From positions 57,878 to 121,877 of the forward strand of contig DAOTJE010000005.1 of NCBI GenBank assembly GCA_035448545.1: a stretch of DNA of 64,000 nucleotides. The letters run 5' to 3'. The notes under the pieces were generated by a model. That model searched no databases. It saw only the letters and a list, made by a program, of their open reading frames with translations, and had not been told where the DNA came from. A program made the position numbers and the translations under genes. Of this stretch, positions 1 to 9,447 are shown piece by piece. The first letter of the stretch is position 1. Each line of letters begins with the position of its first letter. The DNA is from Sedimentisphaerales bacterium (lineage in GTDB: Bacteria > Planctomycetota > Phycisphaerae > Sedimentisphaerales > Anaerobacaceae).

Positions 1-83
1 GCGTCTATAAGGAGGCGGCGTCATATACAGTGCGCTGAAATGCACGCGAAACCGGATTCAGGCGAGCGAAAAGGAGACCGGCC

Positions 84-1937
84 ATGAGATTCTCCAACGT
101 GCGGTTAGTGTCGGGTGTTCTTGGATTATTGCTTTTCGTTTCGGTCGGCCTCTGTCCGGCGGCCCAGTCGACGGGCGCGGCGGAAGCAAAGCCGGCGGTG
201 GTAGCCCATTTCCACCTGGCCGGAATGATCACCGAGTCGCCCATGGTTGATCCCTTCGGTCTCATGGCAGGGCAGATCACCTCGCTGCACGACCTGGTCG
301 ACGTGATGAACCGGGCCGCCACCGACGATCAGGTCAGGGCGGTCGTGCTGACCTTCAACGACATGGCCCTGGGGCTGGGGCAGTTGGAGGAACTTCGTGC
401 GGCCGTCGGTCGGTTCAAGACCGCCGGCAAAAAGGTCTACGTCCACACCGGCAGCATGAGCACGTTCGTCTACGCCCTGCTCAGCGCGGGCGACTACCTC
501 AGCGTCGAGCCGCAGTCGATGCTGTGGCTGACCGGCATCTACGGCGAATCGCTCTACGTCAAGGACCTGCTCGACAAGATCGGCGTCCAGGGCGATTTCA
601 TGCACATGGGCGACTACAAGTCTGCCGCCGAGATGCTCACCCGCAGCGAACCGAGCGCGCCGGCCGAGGAGAACATCAACTGGCTGCTCGACGGCTATTA
701 CGACAGCCTCGTGCGGATGATTGCCGGCTCGCGGGACCTGACGGCCCGGCAGGTGCGGGACCTCATCGATCGCGGCCCCTACATGGCGGAGCAGGCTTTG
801 GCCAGCGGGTTGATCGACGCGATCCAGACGCGCGAAGCCTTTCTCGCCCAGGTCCGCAAGGAGATGGACGGGCCGGTCCGGTTCGACAATCGCTACGGCC
901 GGGAGGACAAGCCCACGGTCAATCTCGCCAGTCCGCTGGCGTTCTTTTCGCTGCTGGCGGAGATAATGAACCCGCCGAAGAAGCCGCAGAAGGATGCTGT
1001 TGCGATCGTTTATGTGGAGGGCGCCATCATGCCGGGCTATGGCCAGGCCAGTCCGTTCGGCTCAGCTGGCGGTGCCTTCAGCGGCGATATTCGCAAAGCC
1101 CTCGAAACGGCGGCCTCCGACAACACCGTCAAGGCGGTGGTCCTGCGGATCGATTCCCCCGGCGGTTCCGCCGAGGCCAGCGAGACGATCCTCAACGCCA
1201 CCCGCCAGGTCCAGGCCCGCAAGCCCTTCGTCGTCTCGATGGGCGACACCGCCGCCAGCGGCGGTTACTACGTCGCCTGCGCCGCCGACACGATCTTCGC
1301 CGATGAGATCACCGTCACCGCCTCGATCGGTGTGGTTGGCGGCAAGCTCGTGACCGCCGACCTGTGGGACAAGCTGGGCGTCAACTGGGTCGGCTACAAG
1401 CGCGGCGCCAACGCGGACCTCTTCAACAGCGACCGCCCGTTCGACGGACGGCAACAGGATGTAATCGAACGATACATGCAGACGGTCTACGACGTCTTCA
1501 GGGGCCATGTCGCCAAAGGCCGCGGCGACAAGCTCACCAAGCCGCTCGACGAGATCGCCGGCGGACGTGTCTTCACGGGCAAGCAGGCCCTCGACCTCGG
1601 GCTGGTTGACCGCATCGGCGGGCTCCAACAGGCCGTCGAATATGCCGCCGCCAAGGCCTCGCTCGACGACTACGAGGTCCGGGTGATTCCCGAGCCCAAG
1701 GACTTCGTCACGATGCTCCTGGACGAGTACTCCGGCCAGGGCGAACGGGCCAGTGATATCTCCGTCGGTATGGCGGGCCTGCTGGCCGAGCACCCGGCGC
1801 TGGCCGGTCTCGTCGACCTGCTGCGGAAGGCCGAGCCCCAGCGGGCCCGCGCGCTGCTGGCGGCCTTGCAGCGCGTCGAGCTGATCCGCACCGAGGGCGT
1901 CGTCCTGATGATGCCCTTCGACGCCATCTTCCGCTGA
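84..1937 (+). CDS. sppA: Signal peptide peptidase SppA, two-domain (67K) S49 type
   Basis: 617-aa ORF. N-terminal hydrophobic anchor (VLGLLLFVSVGLCPAAQS). Two tandem S49 halves; the second carries RIDSPGGSAEASE and SMGDTAASGGYYVACAAD. AGGAG Shine-Dalgarno upstream of the ATG. Confidence 0.85.
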   Translation: MRFSNVRLVSGVLGLLLFVSVGLCPAAQSTGAAEAKPAVVAHFHLAGMITESPMVDPFGLMAGQITSLHDLVDVMNRAATDDQVRAVVLTFNDMALGLGQLEELRAAVGRFKTAGKKVYVHTGSMSTFVYALLSAGDYLSVEPQSMLWLTGIYGESLYVKDLLDKIGVQGDFMHMGDYKSAAEMLTRSEPSAPAEENINWLLDGYYDSLVRMIAGSRDLTARQVRDLIDRGPYMAEQALASGLIDAIQTREAFLAQVRKEMDGPVRFDNRYGREDKPTVNLASPLAFFSLLAEIMNPPKKPQKDAVAIVYVEGAIMPGYGQASPFGSAGGAFSGDIRKALETAASDNTVKAVVLRIDSPGGSAEASETILNATRQVQARKPFVVSMGDTAASGGYYVACAADTIFADEITVTASIGVVGGKLVTADLWDKLGVNWVGYKRGANADLFNSDRPFDGRQQDVIERYMQTVYDVFRGHVAKGRGDKLTKPLDEIAGGRVFTGKQALDLGLVDRIGGLQQAVEYAAAKASLDDYEVRVIPEPKDFVTMLLDEYSGQGERASDISVGMAGLLAEHPALAGLVDLLRKAEPQRARALLAALQRVELIRTEGVVLMMPFDAIFR

Positions 1938-1969
1938 GATCGTCAATCTGCCATCGGGAGGATTGGTCC

Positions 1970-2377
1970 ATGGCCGAGTTGGTCACGGTTTACGAGGCGC
2001 GTCCGAATGAAGTGGCTCGAATCGTGGGACTTCTCGAGAACCGTCACCTGCATCCGGTGGTTGCGGATGATCCCGACCGTGCGGTGGCCTATCGCGCGCA
2101 GTCGCATGTCGTCCCAATCGCGGTTCCTGCGGTGGAACGTGACATGGCGATTGGCGTGCTGGCCGAAGTCGAGGGGCAGGACCGGGCGCGGCTTTCGCAT
2201 CTGGTCAAGATCACCGACCGCGTCGTGCTGTTCGTCCTGGTCGTGCTCGCATTCGTGGCGATCGTGGGTTTTGTCGACGCCGACGGCAAATGGCTGGCGC
2301 TGGCGTGGCTGGTCCTGTGCCTGCTGGCGGCGGTGGCTCTCATCCGCTGGGCCTGGGCCGGCAAGCACCGGGATTGA
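1970..2377 (+). CDS. Hypothetical small membrane protein (soluble N-terminal domain plus two C-terminal TM helices)
   Basis: 135-aa ORF, 33 nt after the sppA stop. GGGAGGA sits 7 nt upstream of the ATG. Two hydrophobic helices (VVLFVLVVLAFVAIVGF, LALAWLVLCLLAAVALI). The N-terminal about 70 aa resembles DUF2007-type domains from memory only. Confidence 0.5.
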   Translation: MAELVTVYEARPNEVARIVGLLENRHLHPVVADDPDRAVAYRAQSHVVPIAVPAVERDMAIGVLAEVEGQDRARLSHLVKITDRVVLFVLVVLAFVAIVGFVDADGKWLALAWLVLCLLAAVALIRWAWAGKHRD

Positions 2378-2500
2378 GATCGTCTCCTCACATTCGTGCA
2401 GCAGGGGGGTTCTTTCTTGTTTCCCGAGGCTGGTGTGACGATAATCAATCATATGCGCGGGAATGCACGAGCATACGCCCAGATGGGAAAGGGGACCGCC

Positions 2501-2623
2501 ATGAAACCGTCACCCTATGGTCCGTGTGGTCTGTTTTGCGGCGCCTGCGGGGCCGAGATCGTCTGGTATCAGAAGCAGTGCCCATGCGGCCAGGAGCTCG
2601 ATGCGTTCGAAGTGCCTGAGTAG
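2501..2623 (+). CDS. Possible 40-aa Cys-rich (zinc-ribbon-like) peptide
   Basis: MKPSPYGPCGLFCGACGAEIVWYQKQCPCGQELDAFEVPE. Five Cys (C-x3-C-x2-C ... C-x-C). GGAAAGGGGA purine tract upstream. Short, so weakly supported. Confidence 0.25.
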   Translation: MKPSPYGPCGLFCGACGAEIVWYQKQCPCGQELDAFEVPE

Positions 2624-2636
2624 ATGCCGGCGACGC

Positions 2637-2792
2637 ACAAATCCGAATGCTGAAACACGAAATACGAAACAAGCTCGAATGACTCCAATTCAGAAATCTG
2701 AAACGGCGCAGTCTCGGCGATCGTGTTTCGGTTATTGGCTGGTTGGGGTTTCGTGCTTGGGTCGGATTTCGGTATTCGGATTTCGTGCTTCC
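2637..2792. repeat. Palindromic intergenic repeat, CGAAA(T/C)-armed family, copy A1
   Basis: Segment 2665-2713 matches the reverse complement of 5893-5941 at 44/49 positions. The right arm (gtttcgtgcttgggtcggatttcggtattcggatttcg) is the inverted counterpart of the left arm of copy A2. Confidence 0.7.
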
Positions 2793-2881
2793 AGATCGCC
2801 GCAGGGCGTAAGCCGGTCGGGCAATAGGAGAACCTCGCGGCCGGAGTCCGGCAGCCGCGACATGCAGACCGAGGCAGGGGA

Positions 2882-3706
2882 ATGACGCACAGACATGGCT
2901 GTGAGGACAAGGATGTCGGCCACTACACGTGCCGGCGGACGGGCGAGGAGATCGTCGTCGATGGCAGGCTCTCCGAGGCGGTCTGGCAGCGGGCGCCGAG
3001 GTCGCCTCGCTTCGTCGACATGGTCACCGGCGTGCCCGGCTTTCTCGACACGCGCATGGCCGCCCTCTGGGACGACGAGAACCTCTACATCGGCTTCTGG
3101 GTCGAGGAGCCCGATGTCCAGGCGCATTTTACGCAACGCGATTCGCCCATCTATTTCGAGAACGATGTAGAGGTCTTCATCGCCGGGCCGGACTGCTACT
3201 ACGAGTTCGAGATCAACGCTCGCGGCACGATCTACGAGGTCTTCTACATCTGGCAGGACGCCTACAAGAAGGGCGGCGCATTCGACAAGCCCGAATTCGA
3301 CCTGCTGACGCGCACTGTGGACGTCCTCGGCGGCTTCCAGGACGGCCTGCGATACGGCAAGCACCCGCGCGGCCGGCGCTGGGCGTTCATGGACTGGGAC
3401 TTCCCCGGTCTGAAGTCAGCCGTCCACGTCGACGGCAAGCTGAACGACAGCGCCACTGTCGATCGGGGCTGGACCGTCGAGCTGGCCTTTCCCTGGTCGG
3501 GCATGACGACACTGGCCCAGGGCCGAAGCCTGCCTCCCAAGGACGGCGACATCTGGCGGATGGATTTCTCGCGTTTCGAGGCCCTGCGCTACAACGGCCG
3601 CCAGACTGACCCATCGGTCGGCTGGTCTTTCAACACGCACGGCGTCTACGACTCGCACGTCCCCGAGTGCTTCACGTACGTCCACTTCTCCAGCCAGACC
3701 GCGTAG
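2882..3706 (+). CDS. CBM9-like / DOMON-like carbohydrate-binding family protein
   Basis: 274-aa ORF. VVDGRLSEAVWQRAP...ALWDDENLYIGFWVEEPDV...NDVEVFIAG...YYEFEINARGT is the typical CBM9-like pattern (memory). No signal peptide seen. Confidence 0.6.
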   Translation: MTHRHGCEDKDVGHYTCRRTGEEIVVDGRLSEAVWQRAPRSPRFVDMVTGVPGFLDTRMAALWDDENLYIGFWVEEPDVQAHFTQRDSPIYFENDVEVFIAGPDCYYEFEINARGTIYEVFYIWQDAYKKGGAFDKPEFDLLTRTVDVLGGFQDGLRYGKHPRGRRWAFMDWDFPGLKSAVHVDGKLNDSATVDRGWTVELAFPWSGMTTLAQGRSLPPKDGDIWRMDFSRFEALRYNGRQTDPSVGWSFNTHGVYDSHVPECFTYVHFSSQTA

Positions 3707-3866
3707 GGGCGAATTATCATTCGCCCGGACGGAGGTTCGACGTCTTCCCGGTTGGCGCGGGCGTCGCGAACCGCTATGATCCCGGCGGAGTTGTCGCCCC
3801 TCGGCTTCTTCTCCATGTTGTCTGCGCCACCAGAAGTCGTCGTTAGAACCACAGTGAAAGGCCCGC

Positions 3867-4328
3867 ATGAGAGCAGACGTTGCACGGTCCCTGGTCCGCT
3901 TGTGCATCGTTTCTGCTATTGCATTGCTGGCAAGGCGGTCCCCATGTCTGGCCCACGACGACCCCAACGCCCCCGTTCCCTCGCTGAAGGCCCTGAAGGC
4001 CGATGTGCCGATCGTGGTCGACGGCGTTCCGGACGAACCCTTCTGGCAGGACGCCGAGGTGGGGACGGACTTCATCGACACGCATTCCGGCCGGCCGGCG
4101 GCGCAGCAGACCCTCGTCCGCGTCGCCTACAGCCGCACCCATCTGCACATCGCGGTCGAGTTCCTCACGAATCAGCGGATCGCCTTGGGCGTAGCGGCAC
4201 TGGGTGTCGTGCGGGGACGCACGACCCATGAGGACGCGATACGCATCACGCACGATGCTTCACGCGCCGTTATTCCCACTCGATGGTGGCGGGGGGCTTG
4301 CTGGAGATGTCGTAGACGACACGGTTGA
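3867..4328 (+). pseudogene. Truncated secreted CBM9-like paralogue (probable remnant)
   Basis: Signal peptide (LVRLCIVSAIALLARRSPCLA), then IVVDGVPDEPFWQDA...TLVRVAYSRTHLHIAVEF aligns with the first part of the 2882..3706 protein. Similarity then stops. The ORF tail runs 59 nt into the convergent guaA 3' end. Confidence 0.35.
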
Positions 4329-5811
4329 CGCCGCGGACCTCGTTGATGATCCGCGTTGAGATCAGACTGAGGACGTCGTACGGAATGCGCGAGAAGTCGG
4401 CGGTCATGAAGTCGGTCGTCTCGACCGCGCGCAGGGCGATCACGTTCTCGTAGCTGCGCTCATCGCCCATAACGCCCACGGTCGAGACCGGGATCAGCAC
4501 CGCCAGGGCCTGGGAGATCTGCCGGTACAGTCCGGCGGCCTTGATCTCGTCGATCAGGATCTCGTCGGCGGCGCGGAGCACTTCAAGCTTGGCCGGCGTG
4601 ACCTCTCCCACAATGCGCACGCCCAGGCCCGGACCGGGGAACGGGTGACGCCAGACCATGTCCTCCGGCAAGCCGAGGTGCTCGCCCACCATGCGGACCT
4701 CGTCCTTGAACAGGTCGCGCAGCGGCTCGACCAGCTCGAAGCCCAACTCGGCGGGCAAACCACCGACGTTGTGGTGCAGCTTGATGCTGGCCGCCGGATT
4801 GCCGTCCTTGGAGCCCGACTCGATCACGTCGGGATAGAGCGTGCCCTGGGCGAGGAACCGGGCGTTGGGTATCTTCTTCGCCTCAGATTTGAAGGCCTCG
4901 ATGAACTCGGCCCCGATGATCTTTCGTTTCTGCTGCGGATCGGTCACGCCTGCAAGTGCCGCGAGAAACTGCTGCGACCAGTCGACGACGCGCAGGTCGA
5001 TGTGGAAGTGGTCGCGAAAGGTCGCGACGATGTTCTCGCGTTCGTTCTTGCGCAGCAGGCCGTTATCGACGAGAATGCAGACAAGCTGATCCCCGACGGC
5101 TTTGTGGATCAGCGAGGCGACGACCGAGGAATCGACGCCGCCGCTGAGGCCGCAGATGACGGTCGCGTCGCCGACCTGCCGGCGGACGTTGTCGATCGTC
5201 TCGCCGACGAAGTCGCTCATCTTCCAGTCGCCGGCGCAGTCGCAGATGCCATAGAGGAAGTTCTTGAGGATGACGTCGCCCTTGGGGGTGTGGCTGACCT
5301 CCGGATGGAACTGGACGCCATAGAAACGTCTGTTCTGGTGGCGCACCGCGGCATAGGGACAGGTTCGCGTCTGGCCCAGTGTCACGAAATCGCGCCCGAG
5401 CTTCGTCACCTGGTCGCCGTGGCTGGCCCAGACGAGCGTCTCGTCCGGCAAGTTGGCGAGCAGGTCGCGGCGGTCGAGCGTCCGCAGCGTGGCCCGGCCG
5501 TACTCGCGGCTGGCCGCGGGTGTGATCTCGGCTCCCAGAATCTGGCAGCCGAGCTGCATGCCGTAGCAGATGCCGAGAATAGGAATGTCGAGGTCGAAGA
5601 TCCTCTCGTCGCATTTTGGCGCGCCGGGTGCATAGACGCTGGCGGGCCCGCCCGAAAGGATGATGCCCTTCAGCGGCATCTTCGCCAGTTCATCGGCAGA
5701 GGTGCCCGCCGGACAGATGCGCGAGTAGACGTGATGCTCGCGAACCCGGCGGCCGATCAACTGTCCGTACTGGCTGCCGAAATCCAGGATGGCGATCATT
5801 TCGCGTATCAT
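4270..5811 (-). CDS. guaA: GMP synthase (glutamine-hydrolysing)
   Basis: [26 protein letters not shown]-terminus, GATase motif [13 protein letters not shown]-PPase motif [11 protein letters not shown]-terminal ...KPPATIEWE. The upstream 24 codons of the ORF-track entry (to 5883) lie inside a repeat element and are excluded. Confidence 0.95.
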   Translation of the reverse strand: MIREMIAILDFGSQYGQLIGRRVREHHVYSRICPAGTSADELAKMPLKGIILSGGPASVYAPGAPKCDERIFDLDIPILGICYGMQLGCQILGAEITPAASREYGRATLRTLDRRDLLANLPDETLVWASHGDQVTKLGRDFVTLGQTRTCPYAAVRHQNRRFYGVQFHPEVSHTPKGDVILKNFLYGICDCAGDWKMSDFVGETIDNVRRQVGDATVICGLSGGVDSSVVASLIHKAVGDQLVCILVDNGLLRKNERENIVATFRDHFHIDLRVVDWSQQFLAALAGVTDPQQKRKIIGAEFIEAFKSEAKKIPNARFLAQGTLYPDVIESGSKDGNPAASIKLHHNVGGLPAELGFELVEPLRDLFKDEVRMVGEHLGLPEDMVWRHPFPGPGLGVRIVGEVTPAKLEVLRAADEILIDEIKAAGLYRQISQALAVLIPVSTVGVMGDERSYENVIALRAVETTDFMTADFSRIPYDVLSLISTRIINEVRGVNRVVYDISSKPPATIEWE

Positions 5812-5814
5812 AAG

Positions 5815-5962
5815 AGAATCCGAAATCCGAACATCGAATTGCGAAACAAGCACGAAATCCCAACACGCGAATGACCGAAACACGATCGGTATGACAACGC
5901 CGTTTCAGGTTTCTGAATTGGAGTCATTCGAATTTGTTTCGAGTTTCGAGATTCGTGTTTGA
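5815..5962. repeat. Palindromic intergenic repeat, CGAAA(T/C)-armed family, copy A2
   Basis: Fills the guaB-guaA spacer. The left arm (cgaaatccgaacatcgaattgcgaaacaagcacgaaatcccaac...) and right arm (...attcgaatttgtttcgagtttcgagattcg) are imperfect inverted repeats. Homologous to 2637-2792, in the opposite orientation. Confidence 0.7.
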
Positions 5963-5966
5963 CGTA

Positions 5967-7451
5967 TCAGTCGTCGCTGAGCGTGTGGCCTGAGTAGTTC
6001 GGGGCTTCCTTGGTGATCTGGATATCGTGCGGATGGGATTCACCGATGCTGGCGGTGCTGACGCGGACGAACCGGCCCTTTTCCATCAGCGTCTTGATGT
6101 TGGGCGTGCCGCAGTAGCCCATGCCCGCGCGAAGCCCGCCGACGAGCTGGTAGACGAACTCGCTGAGCGTGCCGCGATAGGGGACGCGCCCTTCGACGCC
6201 TTCGGGCACCAGCTTGCTGACCTCCGTGGCGCTGCTCTGGCCATAGCGCTCGGCCGAGCCTTTGACCATCGCACCCAGCGAGCCCATGCCGCGATACTCC
6301 TTGAATTGCCGGCCCTTGTAGATGACCAGTTGGCCCGGGCTTTCCTTCAGGCCCGCGAACAGCGAGCCGATCATCACGCTCGAGGCGCCGGCGGCGATGG
6401 CCTTAGTGATGTCGCCCGATTGCTTGATGCCTCCGTCGGCGATCACCGGCACGCCGAGCTTGTTGGCGACCTCGGCGACGTCGAGGATGGCCGACACTTG
6501 CGGCACGCCCACGCCCGAGATGACGCGCGTCGTGCAGATGGCACCGGGCCCGATCCCGACCTTGACGGCGTCGGCGCCCGCATCGATCAACTCGCGGGCC
6601 GCTTCGCCTGTGGCGATGTTGCCGGCGATCACGTCGATCTTGTGACGCGACTTGATCTTCTTGACGGTCTCGACGACGTTCTGCGAATGGCCGTGCGCGG
6701 TGTCGACGCAGATGATGTCAACGTCCGCTGCGATCAGGGCTTCGACCCGCTCATAGTCGTGTACGCTGACGGCGGCCCCGACGCGGAGGCGGCCGCGATG
6801 GTCGCGGGCGGCCCGTGGGTACTGCTGAACGCGGTCGATGTCCCGCATCGTGATCAGGCCGGCCAACTCGCCCTTGGCATTGACCAGCAGCAGCTTCTCG
6901 ACCTTCCGCTCCTGGAGGATCTCTTTGGCCTGTTCGAGCGTGGTGTCCGCCGGCCCGGTGACGAGATTCGTCTTGGTCATGACGGTGCTGATCTTTGCGT
7001 TGTAGTCGGGCAGAAACTTCAGGTCCCGCCGCGTCAAAATGCCGACGAGCTTTTTGCCCTCGACGATCGGAATCCCGCTGACATTCTGCTCCTGCATCAG
7101 CTCCTGGGCCCGGCGGACCGGATCGTTGGGCGAGAGCGTGACCGGATCGCCGATGACGCCGTGCTCGCTGCGCTTGACCTTGGCCACCTCGCGTTTCTGG
7201 GCCTCGATGCTGAGATTCTTGTGGATGATCCCGACGCCGCCTTCCTGGGCCAGCGCGATGGCCAGCGCCGATTCGGTAACGGTGTCCATGGCCGCCGAGA
7301 CGATGGGGATATTGATCTGAACGTTCCGGGTCAGGGTGGTGCTGGTGTCCGCCTGGCTCGGCACGAAGTCGCTCTTGGCGGGAATCAGCAGGACGTCATC
7401 GAACGTGATCCCTTCCCCGACGATTTTTGCGCTGTTCATGATCCGCTCCAA
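5967..7451 (-). CDS. guaB: IMP dehydrogenase
   Basis: 494 aa. [10 protein letters not shown], internal CBS pair, catalytic loop [23 protein letters not shown]. Start may be the internal MNSAK (7439). Confidence 0.95.
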   Translation of the reverse strand: MERIMNSAKIVGEGITFDDVLLIPAKSDFVPSQADTSTTLTRNVQINIPIVSAAMDTVTESALAIALAQEGGVGIIHKNLSIEAQKREVAKVKRSEHGVIGDPVTLSPNDPVRRAQELMQEQNVSGIPIVEGKKLVGILTRRDLKFLPDYNAKISTVMTKTNLVTGPADTTLEQAKEILQERKVEKLLLVNAKGELAGLITMRDIDRVQQYPRAARDHRGRLRVGAAVSVHDYERVEALIAADVDIICVDTAHGHSQNVVETVKKIKSRHKIDVIAGNIATGEAARELIDAGADAVKVGIGPGAICTTRVISGVGVPQVSAILDVAEVANKLGVPVIADGGIKQSGDITKAIAAGASSVMIGSLFAGLKESPGQLVIYKGRQFKEYRGMGSLGAMVKGSAERYGQSSATEVSKLVPEGVEGRVPYRGTLSEFVYQLVGGLRAGMGYCGTPNIKTLMEKGRFVRVSTASIGESHPHDIQITKEAPNYSGHTLSDD

Positions 7452-7716
7452 CAGGGGCTTTTGTCCAGCCTATCATAAACCCATGACTATAAACCGAGGC
7501 CGGGGAACCGTCAAAAGGATTTTGCGCGGTATTCGAGCGGCCGTACCATCGGCCTCATGAAGCGTACATTGGATCGAATTAGCCCTACAAAATGCGGATC
7601 GTTGCGAACACGAACCGGGCGGGCACAGTATGTCCTGGTACAATAGAGAAGGCCGTAGCGGTCGTCGGAACCGTGCCTCGATTGACAACCTGACCGAATG
7701 AATTCGGAGAATAGCC

Positions 7717-8076
7717 ATGAGCATGAATCTGTCCAAGGGCCCGATCTGGGGGATAGCAGTCATCGTTGGTCTGATCGCCGCCACGGCGCTGGTGGCCGGC
7801 TATGTGGACAGGCCGGGGAGCGGAACCCAAGTTGCGGCGGCCAAAGCAGACGGCGGGGGCTGTCCGGCCCAGGGTGACTGTGCCGCCTGTCCGGCCAAGG
7901 GCACCGACGCCTGCTGCAAGGAGGCCGGAGCGTGTGCCGCCTGTCCGGAATCGTGTCCGAAAGAGTGCTGCTGTGCCGATGCCGCGGCGTCCTGTCCGGC
8001 CGGGGCGACCTGCCCGATGAAAGCCGCAGCCGCAACAGGCAATTGCAGTGGAGGTCAATGCCCCGCGGCCCAGTGA
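7717..8076 (+). CDS. Membrane-anchored cysteine-rich protein (15 Cys in about 72 aa)
   Basis: 119-aa ORF. GGAGAA upstream. One N-terminal TM helix (IWGIAVIVGLIAATALVAG), then CPAQGDCAACPAKGTDACCKEAGACAACPESCPKECCCADAAASCPAGATCP...NCSGGQCP. Hairpin plus T-run downstream. Confidence 0.55.
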   Translation: MSMNLSKGPIWGIAVIVGLIAATALVAGYVDRPGSGTQVAAAKADGGGCPAQGDCAACPAKGTDACCKEAGACAACPESCPKECCCADAAASCPAGATCPMKAAAATGNCSGGQCPAAQ

Positions 8077-8143
8077 GCAGGACGTGGGCTTGAGAGAATA
8101 GGGTTCAACGCAAACACGCAACGACAACCATGGATTCTGGTCA

Positions 8144-8193
8144 GCCAGCTCCTTCGACCGAGCCCTCCGCCCGGCCGGGAAGCTGGCTTTTTT
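8144..8193 (+). terminator. Candidate intrinsic terminator after the Cys-rich gene
   Basis: gccagctcc ... ggaagctggc stem with a large loop, followed by TTTTTT (8188-8193). Confidence 0.4.
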
Positions 8194-8430
8194 CATGTCC
8201 TCATCCCGCCCTGCATCAGAGACGGTGCGCCCAGTGCCCGAATCGTGGCGTATCCTGTTCCACATCGGGATTACCCGACAACATCACACGATAGGAGACA
8301 GCCGCAACCGCCGCTCTCGCCAGACGTGGCACAGACTCAATGAGTGCCCATCACGAAAGAGTGCCGACAGGTTCACGCCTTGTTTGCATACTTCCCCAGG
8401 ATTTCCCTCGCGGCCTTCAATTCTCCATCA

Positions 8431-9447
8431 TCACTTCCATCGCAGTTGCTGGAGTTCTTCACGCGTTCGTACAAATAGGACGGTAGGCCCCCTCAGCCCA
8501 TCCAGATCAGCATCATTTAACATGACACAGCCTCCCGGTGGGTCGTGATTGTCGAATGTAAATAACTCCGGACCACCGTGCTGATTCCAGCCCCCTGTGG
8601 TCTCAAACAGCAGCACCGTGTCCGGCGGTGAAGTGGGTGCACAGTCCGGATTCATCGCATAGTGACACCTTCCCCCGTCTCCTTTGGCGCCCGGACAGAC
8701 AAGGAATCTCTCGATTCGATCGTCGGTGTTCCGTCTGTGATGGACCTCCATGAGCAGGTCACACCATGCCTCAGGCGATGGATACTCTCTCGTATCTTGA
8801 AAGTAAAAGAAGATGTAGTGATGGAGGCGCCACAAATGCGCGGCACAGCGCTGACGCAGTACAAGCGACCTTATCTGAGGCACAGGTTCCTCCATGATGG
8901 TCAGCATGGCATTTCTTCCGGGATTGTCAAAGTGCTCGCCCGCCTCGGTAAGAAGGCCATTCCAATGGGCGATAAAAGATGCCAGTAATTCGCTGTCCCG
9001 GTAACAGGCAATCTCGATCATCTCACGGATGCGCGGCGGGCCGCCGCCAATCGACCGGCCCTTGTAGACGGCACGTTCGACGTCACGGGCAAGAGTTGCC
9101 AGAGTCGCCGGATCCTCCACCGTGATGGAATCGAGCGATTTCAGGTAGTTCAACTCCTCCGCATCCAACAATCGACGTTCCTTCGCCATAGAGAAGAAGT
9201 GGTCAACTACAGACGGGAGATAGCGGAGCTCCGCGCGGGTACATCCATGCAAGTCCGGCGGAAGTCGTCTTTCGCCCGTTTCGCTTGCCGGCAACCACAC
9301 TCCCGGTTCCAGATGGGCTTTGGCAGAAGAGGTATCTCTACCAGCACACGACAGAATTGCCACGGAAAGAAATGGCCCGAGAAGACCGTATGCACACCAT
9401 GTGAACACGGTCGTGCACGTCGGATTATGGTTCGCATTGGATTTCAT
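8431..9447 (-). CDS. Hypothetical lipoprotein in a low-GC patch
   Basis: Start taken at the internal MKSNANHN. Lipobox-like LSVAILSC-AG. Visibly AT-richer codons than the neighbours. The C-terminal ...VLLFETTGGWNQHGGPE...ELQQLRW loosely recalls the tail of PVC pseudopilin-like (DUF1559-type) proteins (memory, weak). Confidence 0.5.
   Translation of the reverse strand: MKSNANHNPTCTTVFTWCAYGLLGPFLSVAILSCAGRDTSSAKAHLEPGVWLPASETGERRLPPDLHGCTRAELRYLPSVVDHFFSMAKERRLLDAEELNYLKSLDSITVEDPATLATLARDVERAVYKGRSIGGGPPRIREMIEIACYRDSELLASFIAHWNGLLTEAGEHFDNPGRNAMLTIMEEPVPQIRSLVLRQRCAAHLWRLHHYIFFYFQDTREYPSPEAWCDLLMEVHHRRNTDDRIERFLVCPGAKGDGGRCHYAMNPDCAPTSPPDTVLLFETTGGWNQHGGPELFTFDNHDPPGGCVMLNDADLDGLRGPTVLFVRTREELQQLRWK

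Noticed and set aside
2637-2792. Short-period repeats considered as a possible degenerate CRISPR array
   Set aside because: There are no regularly spaced identical direct repeats and no unique spacers of constant length. The structure is inverted-arm palindromic, and no cas genes are present in the window.
5812-5883. N-terminal extension of the guaA ORF ([24 protein letters not shown])
   Set aside because: These codons are the translation of the intergenic repeat element. The conserved GuaA N-terminus begins at [12 protein letters not shown].
6027-7478. 483-aa plus-strand ORF inside guaB, and similar ORFs opposite guaA, uvrA, cheA and clpB (e.g. 4645..5874, 33117..34067, 53063..54550, 57215..58339, 58739..59731)
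   Set aside because: All are antisense to unambiguous housekeeping genes, with Asp/Arg/Gly/Leu-rich artefactual translations.
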